Source of the DNA: an uncultured Candidatus Saccharibacteria bacterium
GTDB lineage: Bacteria; Patescibacteriota; Minisyncoccia; 2-02-FULL-40-12; GWA2-44-9
DNA: 61,909 nucleotides
NCBI GenBank assembly: GCA_964653875.1
Contig: CAZZGH010000001.1
Coordinates: 564-62,472 of the forward strand
Reading direction: 5' to 3'
Shown here: piece by piece, positions 55,798 to 61,909 of the stretch
Layout of the letters: every line of letters begins with the position of its first letter
Position numbering within the stretch: the first letter of the stretch is position 1
Notes under the pieces: model-generated
Told to the model about the DNA's origin: nothing
The model's input: the letters and a program-made list of their open reading frames with translations, nothing else
Databases searched by the model: none
Translations under genes and position numbers: made by a program

Positions 55798-57141
55798 TCA
55801 ATTAGTTCTTGTGCTGTTTGGAGTTACCCTATATATCATTCCAGCAGAATCATCTGACACATAAAGTGCTCCGTCCGAGCCGAATTTCAAATCAACCGGC
55901 CGGCCTGATATTTTGCCATCTGCCCCCAGCCATCCCGATATAAAATCCTCTGGCTTTTGAGATAGAACCTTGCCGTTGACATCTAAATCGTACCTTACTA
56001 TTTTGTACCCGACAGGAACACTCGAATTCCAAGACCCATGAAACGCCACCAAAAGGTCCCCTGCCCATTCTTTTGGCCATCCATTGCCGGATGGAATAAA
56101 CGCCAAGCCCAAAGGAGCTGAATGGGCTTGCACTTGTATGATTGACGGCTCTGTCTGTGTGCAATCGGAAGACAGATCCTTCCTTTCTATTTTTTCGGGA
56201 TTAAATGTTTTATCTCTCACTTGGTTGCCGTAACAAAATGGCCAACCATATTTTTTGGCAGTGAACTTATCTTCCGATCCTGCAACTTTAATAATGTTTA
56301 TTTCGTCCGGCGGCAGATTATCCCCCAAATTATCGCGCCCCATTTCGGTTGCCCAAATTTCTTTGGTTTTCGGATGAAAAGTAAAAAATACGGAGTTTCT
56401 TAATCCACCGGCGAATTCGGCCGTAAATGTTTTTCCCTCAGGGTCAGTTTCTAACATTGCCGCCCTTTTCCAGGTAGTAGTTTCAACACAAACGTCGCAA
56501 GACGAACCGACGCTTATATATAACTTGACTTCAGAAAGAGTGGTATCGCCTTTTTTCCCCGGAAGTAGGGAAGTTTTTCTAAAATTAGGGCCGAATAATA
56601 TCGTTCTTGTGAAATGTCTCCCATCAGCGGGAAAATTGGTAATATTCTGACCTTTATCGGACATTACTGTTCCACTTTTAATATCATATGCATAACGAGC
56701 CACCTGCTGTGTCTCCGCTACATACAAATAAATAGTTTCCCCGGACTTATAAAATGCCAAGCCATGGGGTTTGTTCAATCCGCTTAGTATGGTCGTTTTT
56801 GCTTCAGCGATGCCGTCCTTATCTTTATCTTTTAAGAAAACCACTTTTCCGGATTTAGTTTCACTGACAAACGTTCTCCCCAACGAATCAAAAGTTATAA
56901 CTCTCGGATCTTCCAGATCTTTCGCAAAAGTATTAATTTTAAACCCCTCCGGAAGTTTAAGGTATGAAAGCGATGAGTCGCTGGTTTGGGATACGATGGG
57001 TTTTTTAAACTGAGGAAGATCGTATCCAGCCAATTTTTTTAATAAGTAAAAATCGGTAAAAAATAAGTAAGCCAAAAAGACCAAAATTACAATAAAAAAA
57101 GCCTTTAACTTAAAACTAGAAGTTAAAAATTTAAAATTCAT
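55798..57141 (-). CDS. membrane-anchored PQQ-dependent sugar (glucose/sorbosone) dehydrogenase-like beta-propeller
   Basis: N-terminal TM segment, PHGLAF, and GRDNLGDNLPPDEINII, which are typical of the GSDH family. Confidence 0.75.
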   Translation of the reverse strand: MNFKFLTSSFKLKAFFIVILVFLAYLFFTDFYLLKKLAGYDLPQFKKPIVSQTSDSSLSYLKLPEGFKINTFAKDLEDPRVITFDSLGRTFVSETKSGKVVFLKDKDKDGIAEAKTTILSGLNKPHGLAFYKSGETIYLYVAETQQVARYAYDIKSGTVMSDKGQNITNFPADGRHFTRTILFGPNFRKTSLLPGKKGDTTLSEVKLYISVGSSCDVCVETTTWKRAAMLETDPEGKTFTAEFAGGLRNSVFFTFHPKTKEIWATEMGRDNLGDNLPPDEINIIKVAGSEDKFTAKKYGWPFCYGNQVRDKTFNPEKIERKDLSSDCTQTEPSIIQVQAHSAPLGLAFIPSGNGWPKEWAGDLLVAFHGSWNSSVPVGYKIVRYDLDVNGKVLSQKPEDFISGWLGADGKISGRPVDLKFGSDGALYVSDDSAGMIYRVTPNSTRTN

Positions 57142-58705
57142 ATACCAAAAATGTGTACCCTATTCTATCAATGGGTTGATATAAAGATAACCAGTCTAAA
57201 TTTTTATCCTTTGATTTTTGACTTAACTCTCTTAGCCTGACCAGGAAATGGATATTCACGGCATATTTTCCAGACGGATTTAAAAACGATTTTTCTACAG
57301 AAGGTATAATGTTTTTAATCCCGTAATATCCCGGATCAAAAAATATATTAAAATCAGAATTTACTACCTTCATTCCGGGGTGGTTTTTTTGATATTCCGC
57401 AAGACGTTTCAAATCATGCTTCCACTCCAAGTTTGAGTCATCCAAATATTTATAACCGTTAACCGGTCCCCCAATAAATTCATTGAAATAAGCCAGATAA
57501 TCAGGGTGGATACTCACGGCAGAAAAAATATACCACAACCCTAAAACAATGACAACAACCGAAATTGACACAGATTTGACGCCGTCCCATTTTATTCTAA
57601 TCACCCGAACCAATCCTCCCGCAAAAAGAATTAGAAAGGGGAAAGCCGGCAATAAATAACGAATACTAAGATTATGAGCTTTTAAGCTTGTGACAATCGA
57701 GAAAAAAATCATAGGCAGAAATATAAACAACTTGTCACGATTATTGATATGTAACTTCCTATAGAAAACAAGGGCAGCTGTAAAAGCAATAAGCGCGGGA
57801 ATGGGGGTCTTTATCAAAAATGCCTCCAAAAAATAATACCACCAGCCGTTTTTTGAAAACTGGCCGTTCAAATAGAAATTGTAAGAACTATTTGCATCTG
57901 CATAAATTGTATTCACACCCCTTAAGTAAAACCCCAGGTCTGTCGGCAGAAGGTAAGAAAAATATACAACAATAGCGGCCGGAAAAATTATTATGGCTGT
58001 TATTTTGACAGATCGGCGCATGATTTGATAAAAATCATTTTGCTTAGATTTAATGTTAATAAAAATTAAAAATAAAATTACCGGTAGAAACAGGACAGCC
58101 GAGAATTTAGAGCTTAATGCCAAACCAAGAAACAGTCCGGAATAAATTAAATATCTGTTAAAATTGGTTCTAACAAACTTCCATAAATAATAGAGAGCGG
58201 CAAACGAGAAAGAAGATAAAGCCAAATCGGTGGTTACAAATTGAGCGTGGGCAATAACATTCGGCATAAAGGCGTAAAGAAACAAGGACAGAGCACCTGC
58301 TTGGGGACTGAATATTTCGGAAGTCCATCGATAAACATAAAACCCCAATAAAACAGACAAGAGCATAACGGGCAATCTCCCCCAAAACAGCAATTTGTCA
58401 ACGTCATTAGAAAGCAGAAATTTTTTGCCGAATATCCACTCATTTTTAAAAGGACCAGATAAATCAGGGTCTTGGCTGTCAAACTTTAAATCCATAAACA
58501 GCAAAGGAAAGGAAGAGATTAATTTAACAAAAGGCGGGTGTTGAGGATTTAAAGTAATTTGTCCCATTTTCCAATAAGAGTAGCCACTTGGAAGATGGGT
58601 TATTTCGTCGTTTGCTGGACTAAAATTTTGTGCGCTAAAAAACGGCAGTAGAAATGTAATCGCCAACAAAATTGATACTATAATCTTTATTTTCACGCCA
58701 TTCAT
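57131..58705 (-). CDS. GT-C-fold glycosyltransferase (PMT_2/ArnT, GT39-like)
   Basis: NDEITHLPSGYSYW...NPQHPPFVKL first-loop motif. Polytopic, 524 aa. Confidence 0.75.
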   Translation of the reverse strand: MNGVKIKIIVSILLAITFLLPFFSAQNFSPANDEITHLPSGYSYWKMGQITLNPQHPPFVKLISSFPLLFMDLKFDSQDPDLSGPFKNEWIFGKKFLLSNDVDKLLFWGRLPVMLLSVLLGFYVYRWTSEIFSPQAGALSLFLYAFMPNVIAHAQFVTTDLALSSFSFAALYYLWKFVRTNFNRYLIYSGLFLGLALSSKFSAVLFLPVILFLIFINIKSKQNDFYQIMRRSVKITAIIIFPAAIVVYFSYLLPTDLGFYLRGVNTIYADANSSYNFYLNGQFSKNGWWYYFLEAFLIKTPIPALIAFTAALVFYRKLHINNRDKLFIFLPMIFFSIVTSLKAHNLSIRYLLPAFPFLILFAGGLVRVIRIKWDGVKSVSISVVVIVLGLWYIFSAVSIHPDYLAYFNEFIGGPVNGYKYLDDSNLEWKHDLKRLAEYQKNHPGMKVVNSDFNIFFDPGYYGIKNIIPSVEKSFLNPSGKYAVNIHFLVRLRELSQKSKDKNLDWLSLYQPIDRIGYTFLVYEF

Positions 58706-60516
58706 AGGTCTCTAATTTTTTTCTCCGCTATTTTTATCATCTCTTCTATCCCCGAGGCTTTATTTCCGAAAGTCTGCGCATTTTTCAGGTAAACTAATGC
58801 CTGCTCGTAATCTTTTTTAACAAAATAGGCAGTCCCGACTACCGCACTCACATCGGGGTGGCTGAAATTGGAACTAAAGTATTTATTTATCATATCTAAC
58901 GCTTTATCCGGTTTATTCAAGGCAATTTGTATGTAAGAGTATCTGACCACGTATTCAGTCGTGGAATAAAAATTAATAACCGTGAGAAAGTTTTCCCCGG
59001 CTTCCTGGAGCCGTCCCTGATTTAGATATAGCTCCGCTAAATTTATGGACGTATCTGTTGCATTTGGATTCAGTTCCAAAGATTTTTTAAATTTTTCTTC
59101 AGCTAAGACATAGTTCCCTTCATGATCGGCAACAACTCCAAATAGGTTTTGCAGATGGGAATTGTTCTCATATACTCTTCGGGCTATTTCAAGTTGTTCT
59201 TTTGCCAAGTCCCACTCATCCGCTCTTATATACACGCCGGCTAGTGCCGTTCTGGTTATTAAGCTATTCGGCGACTCTTTAACTGTCGCGTTAAATAATG
59301 TTCTACTGTCATGCCAGTCCTTATTTCTAATAAAAGTTCTTACTCCATAGAAAACCACAAGAAAAACCAATAAAGAGAAGCCGACAATTTTATAAAACCT
59401 CCTCTTGTTTAAAAATTTATCTATAACCAAGGCCGAAACAACCGCAAATCCGAGAGAGGGAAAATACATAAGCCGCTCCCCCATTATTGTCCCAATCGGA
59501 ACCATAAGATTCGATATCATCAAATATGGAAATAAAAACATGGCAGCCGCGAAACTGAAACCAATACGAGTTTTACATAAAATCAAAACAACAAGGCCGG
59601 CCAATAAAATTAAGCCCGTGATTGACGGCCACGAAGTAAATATGTTTTTAACGACAGGAATAGCATTGTAAGAATAATCCGCGGACAAATGAACGGGCCA
59701 AATAAGTTTTCCGGCATACAAAACAAGCACCTTTAGCGCCGTAAAAATTCTTTCCGGCAAAGAGACAAATATCAGTATATTCGAGACGATAGTTGTATTA
59801 ATTTCCCCGGCAAAATACCGGCCAAGAGCCATATATCTCAAAAATCCATATAAGGCGAGAGGGGCAATAAAGAATAGGTTATCAGTTACGGCTTTCCACC
59901 AATTTTTTTTAGAAAACAGTATGTCTATATAGAAAACAATCGGCAGAACCATTAGAGCTACCTCTTTGCTCATCATAGCAAAGAGGAAAGCCACCGCGGC
60001 TAATATCTTGTCATTCTTTGAAAGTAGATAAATCGTTGCCAGAGACCAAAAGAAAGCCAATAATTCTGCCCTACCCACAATTGAAGTTACGGCTTCGGTG
60101 TGGATTGGGTGAAGCAGGAATAAAAGAGAAGAAATATAAGCGACAGGCCGGGATTTTAAAAACCAAATAACCAGCCAAAAAACAAGAAACGAGTTCAGGG
60201 CGTGAATAAGAATATTTACCGCATGAAAACCGACAGGGGAAGAGCCAAAAATATTATGATTTAAAGAATACGTGGCCATCGTAAACGGACGATAAAGACC
60301 TGATTTGGGGGTATTTTGATGATAAGGAGAAACAAACAAATTAAAAAAATTACCGGGATCTCTTAGGTCGCCCCTGTTTTGAACCACCGTTACATCATCA
60401 AAAACAAACTCGCCGGAAATACCATTCCCGAAAACCAAAAAAGACAAAATAACCGAAATTAAAAAAACCAAAAACATCTCATGTCTTTTTTGAAAATTGA
60501 TAAATTTAAAATTCAT
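58702..60516 (-). CDS. TMTC-like GT-C O-glycosyltransferase (DUF1736-type) with C-terminal TPR repeats
   Basis: FVFDDVTVV and LYRPFTMATYSLNHNIFGSSPVGFHAVNILIHALNS match the TMTC/PMT2 loop pattern. The last ~200 aa are TPR. Confidence 0.75.
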   Translation of the reverse strand: MNFKFINFQKRHEMFLVFLISVILSFLVFGNGISGEFVFDDVTVVQNRGDLRDPGNFFNLFVSPYHQNTPKSGLYRPFTMATYSLNHNIFGSSPVGFHAVNILIHALNSFLVFWLVIWFLKSRPVAYISSLLFLLHPIHTEAVTSIVGRAELLAFFWSLATIYLLSKNDKILAAVAFLFAMMSKEVALMVLPIVFYIDILFSKKNWWKAVTDNLFFIAPLALYGFLRYMALGRYFAGEINTTIVSNILIFVSLPERIFTALKVLVLYAGKLIWPVHLSADYSYNAIPVVKNIFTSWPSITGLILLAGLVVLILCKTRIGFSFAAAMFLFPYLMISNLMVPIGTIMGERLMYFPSLGFAVVSALVIDKFLNKRRFYKIVGFSLLVFLVVFYGVRTFIRNKDWHDSRTLFNATVKESPNSLITRTALAGVYIRADEWDLAKEQLEIARRVYENNSHLQNLFGVVADHEGNYVLAEEKFKKSLELNPNATDTSINLAELYLNQGRLQEAGENFLTVINFYSTTEYVVRYSYIQIALNKPDKALDMINKYFSSNFSHPDVSAVVGTAYFVKKDYEQALVYLKNAQTFGNKASGIEEMIKIAEKKIRDL

Positions 60517-60543
60517 CGAAAATTTTAAATCGAAAATTAAAAA

Positions 60544-61909
60544 TTATTTCCTAATCTGTTCGATAAGATTCCTCATCAACTCGCCAGTTTGAGGATCCAG
60601 TTCGGCATATTTTAATCCTTCTTGCAAATCTTTCAATGCCTGCTTTTTATTATTTAGAGCAACATAAACTAGCGCCGAGTTATAATAAACACGGGGATTA
60701 TTCGAGAGAAGGATTTTAAGCTTCTCTATATTCTCAATGGCTTTGGCCAAATTGCCTTGCTGGGCATAAATAACGGAAAGATTTTGATAAGGATAGTAAA
60801 AATTAGGATTTATTTCTATTGCTTTTTCGTATAATTTAATGGCTCCATAGATATCTCCTCTGGATTGCAAAATAGTTCCTAGATTAAAATGGGGTTCTGC
60901 AAATATATCTTTTTGAGAGGCGGCTATCTTATAATATTTCTCGGCATTTCCCATGTCATTCATGTTGTAATAAATATTCCCTACATTATTATTTATCCTG
61001 GAACTGTCCGGTTCATATTTTAGGATATCAAGATAAAAAGCAAGCTGGTTGCCCCACAGAAGATTGCGTTGAATAGACTGATAAGCAAAGAATGAGAGAT
61101 ATGCAACCAATGCAGCGATTACCAAGGTTCGACAGAGTTCCCAAGGAGTGGGATTCCCACTCCGAGAACCTTGAATCTTCAAAAAGGTCGAACCTTTAAA
61201 ATCCAAAAGTTTCACAAGATAAAAAGAAACTATGAGCCAAAAACCGACCATCGGCAAATAGAGCCAGTGTTCATATATCAATGCATTTATAGGAGTGATG
61301 CCGGAAACAGGACCAAGGGGAACAAAAAACAAAGCCACGCCTAAAAACCATACTCGATATCTTGATATTTCGAAATTTCTAAACAAGACACCGTTGACCC
61401 TTTCTTTTTTGTATAAATGCCTAAGCCATGCCAGCAGAGTAACCAATGCGACTCCGACTATCCAAACCGGCCACTGAAACAGCGAGGTATAGACAATGGC
61501 GCTTCGTTCCATATGAAGCCCGGCGGGAATTATCAAAAGTTTTAGATATTCCCAAAGTATAGGCAGAAAGGTAAATACTCTGACATATAGATTTTCAGAA
61601 TAAATATTGGGTTCAGCGTAAAAATTAAGAGTATTCTGAAAATTTAAAACCGTAAGCCGCAAGATGCCGTAGGAAATAATTACCGTAAAATACGGCCAAG
61701 TTTTTATGATACCCCGTTTGATGGATTTCAAAAATCGTTCTTTTGAAACAGTAGAGACATAAAAAGCGAGAGCTAAAAATGGAAAGATTATGGCAGTTTC
61801 CCGGCTTAAAAGAGCAAATATCAGAAAAACACAAGAAAGCACTTTTAACGACATTGAATGTCGTTGTGGATAACTCTCTCTAACGACATTCAATGTCGTT
61901 AATTCTGAT
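60544..61909 (-). CDS. membrane protein with C-terminal TPR repeats (TMTC-like paralog), 5' end probably outside the window
   Basis: The reading frame stays open to the window edge (the ORF-track start at 61893 is TTG). TM region followed by TPR (NLGTILQSRGDIYGAIKLYEKAIEINP). Confidence 0.65.
   Translation of the reverse strand, partial: SELTTLNVVRESYPQRHSMSLKVLSCVFLIFALLSRETAIIFPFLALAFYVSTVSKERFLKSIKRGIIKTWPYFTVIISYGILRLTVLNFQNTLNFYAEPNIYSENLYVRVFTFLPILWEYLKLLIIPAGLHMERSAIVYTSLFQWPVWIVGVALVTLLAWLRHLYKKERVNGVLFRNFEISRYRVWFLGVALFFVPLGPVSGITPINALIYEHWLYLPMVGFWLIVSFYLVKLLDFKGSTFLKIQGSRSGNPTPWELCRTLVIAALVAYLSFFAYQSIQRNLLWGNQLAFYLDILKYEPDSSRINNNVGNIYYNMNDMGNAEKYYKIAASQKDIFAEPHFNLGTILQSRGDIYGAIKLYEKAIEINPNFYYPYQNLSVIYAQQGNLAKAIENIEKLKILLSNNPRVYYNSALVYVALNNKKQALKDLQEGLKYAELDPQTGELMRNLIEQIRK
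61845..61900. repeat. two inverted copies of the 21-bp near-palindrome TTAACGACATTGAATGTCGTT flanking GTGGATAACTCTCTC
   Basis: Copies at 61845-61865 and 61881-61900. They differ only at the central base. TGTGGATAA (61865-61873) is a consensus DnaA box. Confidence 0.85.

Noticed and set aside
4741-59910. A8/T8 homopolymer runs inside several genes (for example near 4741, 12443, 24555, 27192, 27487 and 59896), considered as phase-variation switches
   Set aside because: Runs of 7-8 A or T are expected at this base composition. All the reading frames are intact and I cannot assess length polymorphism from a single sequence.

Overview
AT-rich window (hand-counted rows are about 30-47% G+C) that is almost entirely a very large glycan or glycoprotein biosynthesis island. 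No rRNA, tRNA, CRISPR array, transposase or integrase was recognised by eye. The composition, compact overlapping genes, and membrane-plus-TPR fusion proteins suggest an uncultivated small-genome bacterium (Patescibacteria/CPR-like), but this is inference only.

Layout:
(a) 1-1049: a single gene of foreign composition (60-77% G+C in counted rows), bracketed by perfect 55-bp direct repeats. Each repeat lies 8 bp upstream of a TTGACT promoter.
(b) 1050-15275, plus strand: nucleotide-sugar tailoring genes. They encode a carbamoyltransferase, a ColD/E1-type 3-dehydratase with His in place of the Schiff-base Lys, a YerE/acetolactate-synthase-like ThDP enzyme, a split transketolase, an SDR, an AKR, two paralogous ~700-aa B12-radical-SAM enzymes and a Gmd/Rmd-like SDR. 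Nearly every gene has its own terminator, a TTGACx-17-TATxxT promoter and, in several cases, a shared leader box.
(c) 15374-45388: mixed block. It holds a GHMP kinase, an ABC exporter, fcl, an intein-containing gmd, a CapE/FnlA block, a DegT aminotransferase, methyltransferases, two more B12-radical-SAM enzymes, an ArnC/deacetylase/ArnT-like module and many GT-B glycosyltransferases.
(d) 45485-47873: three secreted or membrane-anchored proteins, one with a Thr/Pro linker and one with a tandem 78-aa duplication. They sit in the middle of the GT genes.
(e) 47929-61909: more GTs, an O-antigen-ligase-TPR fusion, a PQQ-type sugar dehydrogenase, and three GT-C enzymes, two of them TMTC-like with TPR tails.

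The most notable items are a possibly undescribed branched or deoxy-sugar pathway, four cobalamin radical-SAM enzymes in one glycan locus, a LAGLIDADG intein splitting the NHE|SPRRG motif of Gmd with an apparent Thr1, and a likely extracytoplasmic protein-glycosylation machine encoded next to its candidate substrates. All functional calls come from motif recognition by eye. No database search was run.
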